Assembly (NCBI GenBank): GCA_947497485.1
Contig: CANMHB010000012.1
Span: 25,917-89,916 of the forward strand
DNA from: Flavobacteriales bacterium
Lineage (GTDB): Bacteria > Bacteroidota > Bacteroidia > Flavobacteriales_D > Crocinitomicaceae
Length of the DNA stretch: 64,000 nucleotides
Reading direction: 5' to 3'
Shown here: one piece after another, positions 20,344 through 30,616 of the stretch
Position numbering within the stretch: position 1 is the stretch's first letter
How the letters are laid out: each line of letters opens with the position of its first letter
The notes under the pieces: generated by a model
The model's database searches: none
Told to the model about the DNA's origin: nothing
What the model saw: only the letters and a program-made list of their open reading frames with translations
Position numbers and translations under genes: made by a program

Positions 20344-21339
20344 ATGAAAAAAAATATTGAGGAACTGTTAAAAGAAAGCATTCTAATTCTTGATGGCGCT
20401 ATGGGTACGATGATTCAACGTCATAAGTTGGAGGAAGAGGATTTTCGTGATGGTGCATTTGAAAATCACTCGAAACCACTAAAAGGCAACAATGATTTAC
20501 TTTCAATAACGCGACCAGAAATTATCAAAGACATACATCGCCAATATTTTTTGGCAGGTGCAGACATTGTGGAAACCAACACGTTTTCAGGAACCTGGAT
20601 TGCACAAGCAGATTACGCTCTAGAGGATGCTGTTTACCGCATAAACTATGAAAGTGCTAAAATTGCCAAAGAAGTTGCAAATGAATTCACCGACAAACCG
20701 CGTTTTGTAGCTGGTTCAATAGGTCCTACCAACCGAACAGCTTCTATTTCACCTGATGTCAATGATCCAGGCTATCGTGCAATAACATTTGATGAATTGG
20801 TAAACGCTTATTCAGATCAAGTAGGGGCTTTGATGGATGGCGGAGTGGATATTTTACTCGTCGAAACGATTTTTGATACCTTGAATGCCAAAGCTGCGTT
20901 ATTTGCAATTGATGAGGTGTTTGAAAAACGCGGCGAAAAGCTGCCAATTATGGTTTCAGGAACAATTACGGATCAGAGTGGAAGAACTTTGACAGGTCAA
21001 ACAACTGAAGCATTTTTGATTTCATTATCTCACCTCCCTTTGCTTAGTATCGGATTGAATTGTGCTCTAGGAGCAAATTTAATGCGCCCATATCTTCAAA
21101 TATTAAACGAGAAATCACCTTTTGCTGTCAGCGCGCATCCAAATGCAGGTTTACCAAACGAATTTGGTAAATACGATGAATCTCCTGAAATGATGGCTGC
21201 CCAAATAAAAGAATTTTTGGATGAAGGATTAATTAACATCATTGGTGGTTGCTGCGGAACTACCCCGGAACATATAAAGGCGATTGCAGATTTGGCGAAA
21301 AATTACAAACCGAGACGAATTTTAAGTGAAATTGGTTAA
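20344..21339 (+). CDS. Homocysteine S-methyltransferase module of a split methionine synthase
   Basis: 331-aa ORF. It matches the MetH N-terminal Hcy-binding domain (ILDGAMGT, zinc-ligand cysteines in LNCALG and [10 protein letters not shown]). Confidence 0.9.
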   Translation: MKKNIEELLKESILILDGAMGTMIQRHKLEEEDFRDGAFENHSKPLKGNNDLLSITRPEIIKDIHRQYFLAGADIVETNTFSGTWIAQADYALEDAVYRINYESAKIAKEVANEFTDKPRFVAGSIGPTNRTASISPDVNDPGYRAITFDELVNAYSDQVGALMDGGVDILLVETIFDTLNAKAALFAIDEVFEKRGEKLPIMVSGTITDQSGRTLTGQTTEAFLISLSHLPLLSIGLNCALGANLMRPYLQILNEKSPFAVSAHPNAGLPNEFGKYDESPEMMAAQIKEFLDEGLINIIGGCCGTTPEHIKAIADLAKNYKPRRILSEIG

Positions 21340-21428
21340 AAGTTTAAAGTTGAAAACTGAGGGTTTATGAAAAAAATCATTCAAAAATGTCGTTTTTTTT
21401 AACTAACTTAAAAAGTTAAATCATTATT

Positions 21429-21782
21429 ATGAAAGAAAGTATTTTAAGAACGAAGAGCTACGAATTTGCGTTAAATTTAGTCTCAACATATAAAAATTTG
21501 GTTGCTGAGAAAGAATATGTTTTGAGCAAGCAACTTTTACGATCAGGAACTTCGATTGGAGCTAATATTAGAGAGGCAAATAATGCGCAAAGCAAAGCCG
21601 ATTTTATTCATAAGCTCTCTATTTCTTTGAAAGAAAGTGATGAAACCGAATATTGGTTGGAACTGTTAAAGGATTCAAATTACATTGATTTCGAAAGTTT
21701 TCAAAAACTTCAGCATCAAAACCGAGATATAACCCGAATGTTGATTAGCAGCATTAAAACCTTGAAAAATAAAAAGTCTTGA
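21429..21782 (+). CDS. Four-helix-bundle protein (23S rRNA intervening-sequence protein / Avd-like family)
   Basis: 117-aa ORF. The family signature QLLRSGTSIGANIREANNAQSKADFIHKLSISLKESDETEYWLELL is typical of this family. Confidence 0.85.
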   Translation: MKESILRTKSYEFALNLVSTYKNLVAEKEYVLSKQLLRSGTSIGANIREANNAQSKADFIHKLSISLKESDETEYWLELLKDSNYIDFESFQKLQHQNRDITRMLISSIKTLKNKKS

Positions 21783-21836
21783 TTAATCTTCAAACTTTAA
21801 TCTATCAGTTTTCAATTATTAACTTTTTTTAAATAA

Positions 21837-24503
21837 ATGTTTTTAAAACTCTCCGGCCTCGAGCCACTAATAGTAACTCCAGAAAGCAACTTTGTGAATG
21901 TTGGTGAACGAACTAACGTTACAGGATCGAAAGCGTTTCTGCGGATGATCAAAGAAGGTGATTTTGAGGCTGCTTTGGCAGTAGCACGTGATCAGGTTGA
22001 AGGCGGCGCTCAGATTATCGATGTCAATATGGACGAAGGAATGATTGATGGCAAAGAAGCCATGGTCAAGTTTCTAAATTTGATAGCGTCAGAACCCGAT
22101 ATTGCGCGCGTTCCTGTTATGATTGATAGTTCGAAATGGGAAATTATTGAAGCTGGATTGAAATGCATTCAAGGAAAAGGGGTCGTGAACTCTATTTCAT
22201 TGAAAGAAGGCGAAGAAAATTTCATTTGGCAAGCAAAGCAAATAAAACGTTACGGTGCCGCAGTAATCGTAATGGCATTTGATGAGAAAGGTCAGGCGGA
22301 TAGTTATGAACGCAGAATTGAGATTTGTAAGCGCTCTTATGATATTTTAGTTAAGAAGGTGCATTTACCAAAGGACGATATCATTTTCGACCCGAATATA
22401 TTTCCAGTTGCCACTGGAATGGAGGAACATAATAACAATGCCTTAGACTTTTTCAGAGCGACAAAATGGATTCGTGAAAACCTGCCTGGAGCGCATGTTA
22501 GTGGTGGAGTTTCAAATGTATCATTTTCATTTCGAGGAAATAACAAAGTTCGTGAGGCTATGCACTCGGCGTTTTTGTATCATGCAATCGCCAATGGCAT
22601 GGACATGGGAATTGTTAATCCGACAATGTTGGAAGTATATTCTGATATTGAATCTGAGTTATTGACACATGTGGAGGATGTTTTGCTAAATCGTCGTCCG
22701 GATGCTACGGAGCGCCTTTTAGAACTTGCTGAAACTGTAAAAGGAGATGGAAAGAAAAAAGAAGTTGATTTATCTTGGAGGAATGTACCCGTAAAGGAGC
22801 GACTTAGTCATGCGTTAGTTAAGGGTTTAGTTGAATTCATTGATGAAGATGTAGAGGAATGTCGAAAACTTTATAAACGACCGATTGAAGTTATCGAGGG
22901 ACCATTGATGGACGGAATGAACATCGTTGGAGATTTATTCGGTAGCGGAAAAATGTTTTTACCTCAGGTTGTGAAGTCGGCGCGCGTAATGAAAAAGGCA
23001 GTAGCTTATTTGTTGCCTTACATCGAGGAAGAAAAAGACGGAAAATCATCTTCCGCCGGAAAAATTTTGATGGCTACTGTAAAAGGTGATGTTCACGACA
23101 TCGGCAAGAATATTGTCGGAGTTGTCCTTGGCTGTAATAATTATGAAGTAATCGACATGGGCGTAATGGTGCCTGCAGACAAAATAATCGAAACAGCTAT
23201 TCGTGAAAACGTTGATGTAATTGGCCTAAGTGGACTAATAACACCATCATTGGATGAAATGGAACATGTTGCCAAGGAAATGGAACGAGCTAATTTGCAA
23301 ATCCCACTTTTGATTGGCGGCGCAACTACTTCCAAGGTTCATACAGCGGTAAAAATAGAAAAACACTATTCCAAAGGACAAACTGTTCATGTCTTGGACG
23401 CTTCCAGATCTGTAACTGTTGTTGAAAGTTTATTGGGTTCCAAGAAAAATCAGTTCGTCGAAGATTTAAAACTTGAATATGAAAGATTGCGTGAACATCA
23501 TGAAAAACATCGAGGGTTAAAGCAACTTTTGAGTTTAGAGCAAGCTCGTGAAAATCGATTTAAAATTGATTTCAAACAACAGGACATTCAAGTTCCAAAT
23601 AAACTAGGAGTGCAGGTTTTCAGCACAATTCCATTGGAAGTATTAGTTGACTTTATTGATTGGACACCATTTTTTCAAACATGGGAACTACATGGACGAT
23701 ACCCAAAGATTTTAGAGGATGAGGTAGTTGGACAAGAGGCAAAAAAACTATTTGCGGATGCACAAGCTATGCTCCAAAAAATGATTCAAGAAAAATGGAT
23801 TGAAGCTCGTGCAGTAATTGGTTTATTCCCTGCAAATTCGGTTGGAGATGATATTGAAATCTACAAAGATGAAAGTCGATCGGAGATTTTGAATGTTCAG
23901 AGAACACTGCGCCAGCAAACGAAAAAAACATCCGGACAGCCAAATTTAGCATTGGCAGATTTCATTGCTCCAAAAGATACTGAAATCAATGATTACATCG
24001 GAGCATTTGTGGTAACCACTGGCATTGGACTTGAAAAATGGGTTGAGAAATTTGAAAAAGATCATGACGACTATAATTCGATTATGGTTAAGGCACTTGC
24101 AGATCGTTTGGCAGAGGCACTTGCTGAATATATGCACAGAGAGGTTCGTCTTAATCACTGGGGTTACGCATCTGAAGAATTTTTAGATAATGAATCTTTG
24201 ATTCAGGAAAAATACCGTGGAATTCGACCTGCTCCTGGCTATCCCGCTTGTCCAGATCACCTCGAGAAAATAGGTTTATTTGAAATGCTTGATGCAACCA
24301 AATTGACGGGTGTTTCTCTTACTGAAACGCTTGCAATGTTGCCTGCAGCCTCAGTAAGTGGATGGTATTTCGCACATGAGGAAGCAAAATATTTTGGTCT
24401 AGGGAAAATAAATTCGGAACAATTAGAGAATGCTGCAATTCGAAAAGATGTGTCAAATGAGTATTTAAAGAAATGGTATTCGAGCTTTATGATCGATAAT
24501 TAA
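21837..24503 (+). CDS. metH: Cobalamin-dependent methionine synthase: pterin-binding, B12-binding and AdoMet-activation modules
   Basis: 888-aa ORF that begins at the MetH interdomain linker (LSGLEPL). It has the B12 motif [11 protein letters not shown] and the C-terminal reactivation domain ([12 protein letters not shown]). Confidence 0.92.
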   Translation: MFLKLSGLEPLIVTPESNFVNVGERTNVTGSKAFLRMIKEGDFEAALAVARDQVEGGAQIIDVNMDEGMIDGKEAMVKFLNLIASEPDIARVPVMIDSSKWEIIEAGLKCIQGKGVVNSISLKEGEENFIWQAKQIKRYGAAVIVMAFDEKGQADSYERRIEICKRSYDILVKKVHLPKDDIIFDPNIFPVATGMEEHNNNALDFFRATKWIRENLPGAHVSGGVSNVSFSFRGNNKVREAMHSAFLYHAIANGMDMGIVNPTMLEVYSDIESELLTHVEDVLLNRRPDATERLLELAETVKGDGKKKEVDLSWRNVPVKERLSHALVKGLVEFIDEDVEECRKLYKRPIEVIEGPLMDGMNIVGDLFGSGKMFLPQVVKSARVMKKAVAYLLPYIEEEKDGKSSSAGKILMATVKGDVHDIGKNIVGVVLGCNNYEVIDMGVMVPADKIIETAIRENVDVIGLSGLITPSLDEMEHVAKEMERANLQIPLLIGGATTSKVHTAVKIEKHYSKGQTVHVLDASRSVTVVESLLGSKKNQFVEDLKLEYERLREHHEKHRGLKQLLSLEQARENRFKIDFKQQDIQVPNKLGVQVFSTIPLEVLVDFIDWTPFFQTWELHGRYPKILEDEVVGQEAKKLFADAQAMLQKMIQEKWIEARAVIGLFPANSVGDDIEIYKDESRSEILNVQRTLRQQTKKTSGQPNLALADFIAPKDTEINDYIGAFVVTTGIGLEKWVEKFEKDHDDYNSIMVKALADRLAEALAEYMHREVRLNHWGYASEEFLDNESLIQEKYRGIRPAPGYPACPDHLEKIGLFEMLDATKLTGVSLTETLAMLPAASVSGWYFAHEEAKYFGLGKINSEQLENAAIRKDVSNEYLKKWYSSFMIDN

Positions 24504-24562
24504 GTGCAGCTTATTCGTTTTATTTTCGTCATTTTTTTATCTTTAGCATCGAATACTCTAAA

Positions 24563-27500
24563 ATGACAAAATATTTTTTAGCGTTTTTTGTTTTTGTCTA
24601 TGGCATTTCTTGTCTTTTCGGACAAACGCCAACCGCTCAATTTTCTGCGAGCCCATTAACTGTTTGTGAGGGAGAGACAGTTACATTTACAAGTCTTTCA
24701 AATCCAAATGGCGCCTCACAACTTGTAAGTTACGTATGGGATTTCGGAGATGGATCAATTGGGAATGGTCAGACTACCACACACATTTTTACCTCCGCCG
24801 GAAATAAAAACATTACATTGACTGTTGTTAATTCCAATGGAATTAGTGATTTTGAATACAAACCCAATTACATTGTCGTTAAACCAACACCAGTATCGGA
24901 TTTCTCCATAAGTGGAATAGGATGCACAGTCCCCTTAACTATTAGTTTTAATAACTTAAGTAGTGGAGGAAGCACCTATTCCTGGAATTTTGGAAACGGG
25001 CAAACATCGACGTCGTTCAGTCCTCCTTCTCAAACATACACCCAAGCAGGAGAATATGATGCGATTCTAACGGTAACATCCTCAAATGGATGTATTTCTT
25101 CAGATACACAATCGGTAGTTGTATCAAACTATCAAGCAGATTTTATTCTTCCTATTGTTGGTTGTGTGGGACAGTCTGTAAGTTTTGAGGATAATTCTAC
25201 CGCAGGTGCGAATTCATGGAATTGGAGTTTTGGAGGACAAGGTTCCAGCGCTGATCAAAATCCGACTTTTACGTTCAATACGGCAGGCACTTATACTATT
25301 TTACTTTCCTCTCAGAATACTAACTCAGGTTGTTCTGGAAGCATCAGTCAGCAGATTACAATTGAACCTACACCAAGTCCAAGTTTTACAGCCAATCCAA
25401 CTTCAAATTGTGCACCAGCTGATATAACATTTACAAACACCTCTTTTGGTGGCACGAGTTACGTTTGGAACTTTGGAGATGGTCAAACATATGATGGTAC
25501 ATCTCCAGGAACTCATACCTATTATCTTAATGGAACGTATGATGTGACACTGACGATGGTTACTTCCACTGGTTGTTCAGGAATTACAACCTTATCTGAT
25601 TATATTGAAATAACAGATGTCGAAGCACTTTTTAATGCGGATGTCACGGGGGGTTGTAATCCATTGACAGTTAATTTTACGGATAGTTCCATTACTCCAT
25701 CAGCCAGTAATCCAATTGTTTCATGGAATTGGACTTTTGGTAACGGACAGACCTTTAACGGTCAAAACCCACCTGCTCAAACATATACTAATGGTGTATA
25801 TGATGTTTCTCTTACTGTGCAAACCCAAAGTGGTTGCGTGGGAACAATTACCATGGATAACTACATCACTGTTGGAGAAATTAATAGTTTAAATTTCTCA
25901 GTAGATACACTTGTTAATTGTATTAAAAAGGACTTTTTGTTTAACTCAGATGTCGTAACCACTCCCATTGTCTCCGATTCAACTGAGTTAGAATATTTTT
26001 GGGATTTTACAGATGGTACTTCCACTGAGCCAAATCCAACATATCAATTCACCTCTGATACAGGCTATTTTGATGTTCAACTTGTGGTCGATTTTCGTGG
26101 CTGTAAAGACACGTTGGAAATTGATTCTTTAATTTACATCAATGCACCAATTGCAAATTTTACACCTGAACAAACCTTATTTTGTAATCAAGGAGCAACT
26201 GCATTAGCTGATTTTACGGATGATGCTACACATGGTCAATTGACTGATGATGTTTATATGATTTGGAGTTGGGGAGATGGTGATACGACATTTTTAGATG
26301 ACCCTGACCTAGATGATGCTAATTTAGGTTCTGTATCTCATGTATACTCGGAATATGGGACCTATACCATAGAACAGGTTATTTATAACTATACAACCGG
26401 CTGTGAGGATAGCACCACTCGAACCGTAGATGTTTCCATTGTGACTCCTAACTTTGTAATGAGTAATGATTCCATTTGTCAAGGTGACACATTGGTTCTT
26501 TTTGACCAAAGCACTACTTGGATGACCCCTCCAAACCCTCACCCGTTGGAAAGCTGGTCATTTGATATGGGAAATGGTTCCACAGTAATTGGTGATACGG
26601 CCTACTATGCATATAGTTTTGCAAATGTCTATCCTGTAACATTAACTGTTACAAATAGCGTAGGTTGTTCAGCAACTTTAACAAAACAAGTGCGCGTTCT
26701 ATCCAATCCATTTCCTCTAATTAGTGTTGGTGAAGATTCGGTCTGTATTAATGAAACAGTCGTTTTTACCAATAATTCAATTTCAGTAAGTGGAGTTCCT
26801 TTGAGTTCGTTTGAATATTTCTTTCCTGATGATAGCTCAACTGTTGTGATGAATTCATTGAATTCTGTTTCGCATTCCTTTTCGCAAAATGGCACTTTAT
26901 ATACCGATGTTACTGTTATAGATCAGTTTGGATGTGAGGCGACCCAATCCATTCAGATTAACATAATTAAGCCAAGCTCCTTCTTTACGGTTGATAATGT
27001 TATTTGCAACAATGATACTATAAGCACTGAAAATTCATCAATCGGATTTGAGCCTCTTACTTATCAATGGTTGGTTGATGGTAATTTATTTTCTACAAAT
27101 GAAAATACAGATGCTGTATTTAATGAATCAAATCTGACAATAGGTGAGACAAGTTCTATCCATACAATATCACTAATTTCTACTGATAATTACGGGTGCT
27201 CCGACACGGTTTCAAATTCTGTGACAATTTCTATACCGTGGGCTTTGCCAACATTTACCTTTACTGGTTCTTCAATCGGACCAAATGGAATGTATATCTG
27301 CCCACCGTTGATTGGCGCATATGTAGATTCATCTGTTTCTTACGGTCAAATAAATTCTTGGAGTTGGGATTTTGGTGATAATGATATCTCAAATTCTGAA
27401 AATCCAGGTAATTCATATGTGTTACCGGGAACTTATGATTTGTCACTATCAGTCACTGATTCTTATGGTTGCTTTGCAGACACAACCCTTTTGCAGTATG

Positions 27501-28315
27501 TATCGATAGGTGGACCAATGGGTGAACCTGATTGGGTACAGCAAGTTGGACAATGTGCACAAGGGGCTTTGTTTACCATTACCAATCCAGTAAATGTGGA
27601 TAGCACTTATTGGGAGATGGGAGATAACCAATCAGTGAGTGATTCTATTGAATTTTTCTATAATTATTCAGAACCTGGGACATATACACCAGGGGTTTAT
27701 TTATACGATGATTTAGGCTGTGAAGTGTTTTATCCATTAGATGATATCACTGTTCTTGATGATGGACTAGAAGCAAGTTTTACAGCTGCTCCTAATCCTG
27801 CTGAACAAGATGAATTAATAACGTTTACTGATGGTTCGACTTCAGCGTCTTCGACCATTATAACTTGGTTTTGGGATTTTCAAAATGACACCCTTATTTC
27901 ATTGAATAATGGAAATGTACAAAACTCCTATGGCCTAGCTGGAACATACACAGTAACACTTACGGTTGTTGATGCGCTAGGATGTGAAGATTCATATTCT
28001 TCATCGATAAAAATCAAGGATCCAGAAATTTGGCTACCAAATGTAATTACCACAAACAATGATGGTGTGAACGAACTTTTTGTTTTGCCATTTGATGCAT
28101 TTAAGGATTATACAGTTACAATTCTCAATCGTTGGGGTAATGTAATGCGAATAGGTCAACGAGACCCTGCAAATCCATTATTACTTTGGGATGGAACGGA
28201 TCAAACCGGAAAAATTTGCACCGATGGGATATATTTTTATCAGATAGTTGGTGAAATGTTAGGGGGTACAACAGTTGATAAGCAAGGTTTTGTAACAGTT
28301 ATTGAATCAAAATAA
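24563..28315 (+). CDS. Giant PKD-repeat surface protein with a T9SS type B (gliding-motility-associated) C-terminal domain
   Basis: 1250-aa ORF with a signal peptide and about a dozen W-x-F-G-D/N-G PKD-type repeats. The C-terminus (LPNVITTNNDGVNELFVL...DGIYFYQI...GFVTVI) is typical of the type B CTD. Confidence 0.85.
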   Translation: MTKYFLAFFVFVYGISCLFGQTPTAQFSASPLTVCEGETVTFTSLSNPNGASQLVSYVWDFGDGSIGNGQTTTHIFTSAGNKNITLTVVNSNGISDFEYKPNYIVVKPTPVSDFSISGIGCTVPLTISFNNLSSGGSTYSWNFGNGQTSTSFSPPSQTYTQAGEYDAILTVTSSNGCISSDTQSVVVSNYQADFILPIVGCVGQSVSFEDNSTAGANSWNWSFGGQGSSADQNPTFTFNTAGTYTILLSSQNTNSGCSGSISQQITIEPTPSPSFTANPTSNCAPADITFTNTSFGGTSYVWNFGDGQTYDGTSPGTHTYYLNGTYDVTLTMVTSTGCSGITTLSDYIEITDVEALFNADVTGGCNPLTVNFTDSSITPSASNPIVSWNWTFGNGQTFNGQNPPAQTYTNGVYDVSLTVQTQSGCVGTITMDNYITVGEINSLNFSVDTLVNCIKKDFLFNSDVVTTPIVSDSTELEYFWDFTDGTSTEPNPTYQFTSDTGYFDVQLVVDFRGCKDTLEIDSLIYINAPIANFTPEQTLFCNQGATALADFTDDATHGQLTDDVYMIWSWGDGDTTFLDDPDLDDANLGSVSHVYSEYGTYTIEQVIYNYTTGCEDSTTRTVDVSIVTPNFVMSNDSICQGDTLVLFDQSTTWMTPPNPHPLESWSFDMGNGSTVIGDTAYYAYSFANVYPVTLTVTNSVGCSATLTKQVRVLSNPFPLISVGEDSVCINETVVFTNNSISVSGVPLSSFEYFFPDDSSTVVMNSLNSVSHSFSQNGTLYTDVTVIDQFGCEATQSIQINIIKPSSFFTVDNVICNNDTISTENSSIGFEPLTYQWLVDGNLFSTNENTDAVFNESNLTIGETSSIHTISLISTDNYGCSDTVSNSVTISIPWALPTFTFTGSSIGPNGMYICPPLIGAYVDSSVSYGQINSWSWDFGDNDISNSENPGNSYVLPGTYDLSLSVTDSYGCFADTTLLQYVSIGGPMGEPDWVQQVGQCAQGALFTITNPVNVDSTYWEMGDNQSVSDSIEFFYNYSEPGTYTPGVYLYDDLGCEVFYPLDDITVLDDGLEASFTAAPNPAEQDELITFTDGSTSASSTIITWFWDFQNDTLISLNNGNVQNSYGLAGTYTVTLTVVDALGCEDSYSSSIKIKDPEIWLPNVITTNNDGVNELFVLPFDAFKDYTVTILNRWGNVMRIGQRDPANPLLLWDGTDQTGKICTDGIYFYQIVGEMLGGTTVDKQGFVTVIESK

Positions 28316-28783
28316 GGATTCATTACCACTTTCTGACTCGAAAACTTCATCAATGAATACTGCATTTTCAGTTGCAGCTTGAAAAGCTAATTCATCACAT
28401 CGTTCATTTTCAGGATGTCCAGCATGACCTTTTACCCAAACAAAGGATAACTTGAAATTATCGTGAAGTTTCAAATATCTCAGCCATAGATCTTGGTTTT
28501 TCTTTCCTTTAAATTGTTTTTGTTGCCAATTCCACACCCATTTCTGCATAATTGCATCAATCACATACTTTGAGTCAGAATGAATAACAACAGGATATTT
28601 GGTCGTTTTTAAATTCTCAAGGGCAACGCAAACAGCCATTAACTCCATTCGATTATTTGTTGTTAAACGAAAACCTGCAGAAATTTCTTTCGAATTTTCA
28701 CCAAATTTCAGGATGATACCGTAGCCGCCAGGTCCGGGATTTCCGCGCGATGATCCATCTGTATAGATATTTATTGTTTCCAA
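28307..28783 (-). CDS. rnhA: Ribonuclease HI
   Basis: 158-aa ORF with IYTDGSSRGNPGPGGYG, NNRMEL and KGHAGHPENERCDELA motifs. Confidence 0.9.
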   Translation of the reverse strand: METINIYTDGSSRGNPGPGGYGIILKFGENSKEISAGFRLTTNNRMELMAVCVALENLKTTKYPVVIHSDSKYVIDAIMQKWVWNWQQKQFKGKKNQDLWLRYLKLHDNFKLSFVWVKGHAGHPENERCDELAFQAATENAVFIDEVFESESGNESLF

Positions 28784-28791
28784 AATCCTAA

Positions 28792-29151
28792 TTATAATTG
28801 TTCTTCGTCTTCATCTACGACGTGTAAAACGTGAAGTAATCGGTGGGCAATTGGTGATAGAAAAATGGCAACTGTAGTTAGAAATATTACTCCTGAAAAT
28901 AAGGCGTAAAACGAGGCAAAAATTTTAGCATCCGAATCTTCTAGCGCGTCTACAGGACCCATCCCACCTAAAATCATGGATGCATTTAATAAACTATCAA
29001 CCCAACTTAAATGTCCAAGCCAGTGATATCCAAAAACTCCAATAGAAAGCGAGAAGATTCCAATTGAAGCAGCGATAAAAAAGTATTTTACTAGTCTTCT
29101 TACAAACAAATGGACTGGAAGAATATTCTTGTTTTTAACTCTTTTATTCAT
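28792..29151 (-). CDS. Hypothetical small membrane protein
   Basis: Lies in ORF 28792..29193. The Met at 29151 forms an ATGA overlap with the ruvC stop. About three hydrophobic helices. Function unknown. Confidence 0.5.
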   Translation of the reverse strand: MNKRVKNKNILPVHLFVRRLVKYFFIAASIGIFSLSIGVFGYHWLGHLSWVDSLLNASMILGGMGPVDALEDSDAKIFASFYALFSGVIFLTTVAIFLSPIAHRLLHVLHVVDEDEEQL

Positions 29152-29705
29152 GATTTTTTTCGACTGGGATTTTGATTTAAAAATGCCTTCCAACTATTTC
29201 CACCAGATTTGTTGTGTTCGCCGATTCCTTTTGAAAAATGGTGACAAACGGCAACCGCCAAGCCATCAGTGGCATCCAAATATTTTGGCATTTCACTAAA
29301 ATTCAATAGCTTTTGAAGCATAGCTGCTACTTGTTCCTTGGAAGCAGCACCGCTTCCAGTAATCGATTGTTTCACGCGCCTTGGAGAATATTCTTCGAAT
29401 GGTATGTTGTGATTTAAACAAGCAGCAATTGCAACACCTTGGGCTCGACCTAACTTCAACATGGATTGTACATTTTTCCCAAAAAACGGGGCCTCGATGG
29501 CCATTTCATCTGGTTTATATTCCGCAATCAAGCCATTTAAACGGTCGAGAATTCGTTTCAATTTATCCGGTTGGTTAGCTAATTTGTTGAGTTGAATTAT
29601 ACCGAAATTAAGCATAGCTAATTTACCATTCTGAATATGAATAATTCCATAACCCATTACTGTGGTCCCCGGATCAATTCCAAGAATTATCTTATCTTCA
29701 ACCAT
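29148..29705 (-). CDS. ruvC: Crossover junction endodeoxyribonuclease RuvC
   Basis: 185-aa ORF with ILGIDPGTTVMGYG at the N-terminus and DATDGLAVAVCH near the C-terminus. Confidence 0.9.
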   Translation of the reverse strand: MVEDKIILGIDPGTTVMGYGIIHIQNGKLAMLNFGIIQLNKLANQPDKLKRILDRLNGLIAEYKPDEMAIEAPFFGKNVQSMLKLGRAQGVAIAACLNHNIPFEEYSPRRVKQSITGSGAASKEQVAAMLQKLLNFSEMPKYLDATDGLAVAVCHHFSKGIGEHNKSGGNSWKAFLNQNPSRKKS

Positions 29706-29719
29706 TCAAATTATATTCC

Positions 29720-30616
29720 TTGATTAAAACTAATTATTTTCAATCGAAACTGATACTTTTATTTAAAGGAATCCTCTTCTTTGTTTTTTTCTATTTACTA
29801 ATTGACCGAAGCGAAAATATTGATTTCGATCGAGTTAAGGTTCATAATTTTAGTTGGCTTGTTTTATGTTTCATACTCACTTTTTTAAATTGGTATTTTG
29901 AGTGGATAAAATGGCAATTAATTCTGAATCAAATTGATGAAAATGAAAACCCAAATAATCTCAAAGCTTTCGCCTCTGGAATCATAGCCTCTTTTCTGAC
30001 ACCATCCTTAAGTGGTAATTTTTTGGGTAGAATGTTCTATTATGATAAAAGTAAACGTTGGAAAATTACGGTATTCTCATTAATGGCAAACTTATCACAA
30101 TTTCTTGTCGCAATTATTTTTGGACTTTTAGCAATCGAATTTACTTCTAAGGTCTTCAGTTTCACAACAAATCCTTTCATTTTATATTTTGTACTTTTTT
30201 TTGGGGTCATTTTTTTCTTTTATTTTGAGAAAATAGGAAAATTGGTTCCAATAAACAAGGTTCAGTTATTATCCAATCAAATTGAAAATGGGCCATCCAG
30301 ATTAAAATTGATTTTAATTTCTACTGCTCGCTATTTCATTTTTGTTCTTCAATATATGTTCGCTCTGAAGGCCTTTGGACAAGTTCTTTCATTCGATTTA
30401 ATAGGCCTAATAGGACTCATTTTCTTATTAATTACACTGACACCATCCTTATTTTTTGGTAAAATACTAATTCGAGAAACTATTGCTGTTGCAGTATTCA
30501 GTATGGCTGGTTTTGTTTCTGCTCCTGCGCTATTTGCCTCTTTCACTACTTGGTTTTTTAACCTATTTTTGACAGCGCTTATCGCTTTGTTTTTGGTAAA
30601 AAAAACGCGGAAATGA
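29720..30616 (+). CDS. Polytopic membrane protein, flippase-like / lysyl-PG-synthase TM-region family
   Basis: 298-aa ORF with a TTG start and about 8 hydrophobic helices. It overlaps the downstream GT2 gene by 4 nt. The family call is tentative. Confidence 0.55.
   Translation: MIKTNYFQSKLILLFKGILFFVFFYLLIDRSENIDFDRVKVHNFSWLVLCFILTFLNWYFEWIKWQLILNQIDENENPNNLKAFASGIIASFLTPSLSGNFLGRMFYYDKSKRWKITVFSLMANLSQFLVAIIFGLLAIEFTSKVFSFTTNPFILYFVLFFGVIFFFYFEKIGKLVPINKVQLLSNQIENGPSRLKLILISTARYFIFVLQYMFALKAFGQVLSFDLIGLIGLIFLLITLTPSLFFGKILIRETIAVAVFSMAGFVSAPALFASFTTWFFNLFLTALIALFLVKKTRK

Noticed and set aside
20187-20381. 64-aa minus-strand ORF spanning the dgkA-metH intergenic region.
   Set aside because: It is antisense to the SAM-I riboswitch and the start of the Hcy-methyltransferase gene. 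The riboswitch explains the conserved-looking sequence.
21429-21782. The Avd-like four-helix-bundle gene, considered as part of a diversity-generating retroelement, or as a marker of an rRNA operon.
   Set aside because: No reverse transcriptase, no TR/VR repeat pair and no rRNA sequence are present anywhere in the window.
11047-28000. Further nested ORFs: 11047..11229, 13089..13349, 14655..14882, 15469..15657, 19196..19393, 20759..20947, 22337..22546, 22474..22665, 23141..23335, 23767..24158, 25185..25427, 26324..26895 and 27196..27631.
   Set aside because: All are embedded in larger, motif-supported genes on the same or opposite strand. There is no independent evidence that they code.
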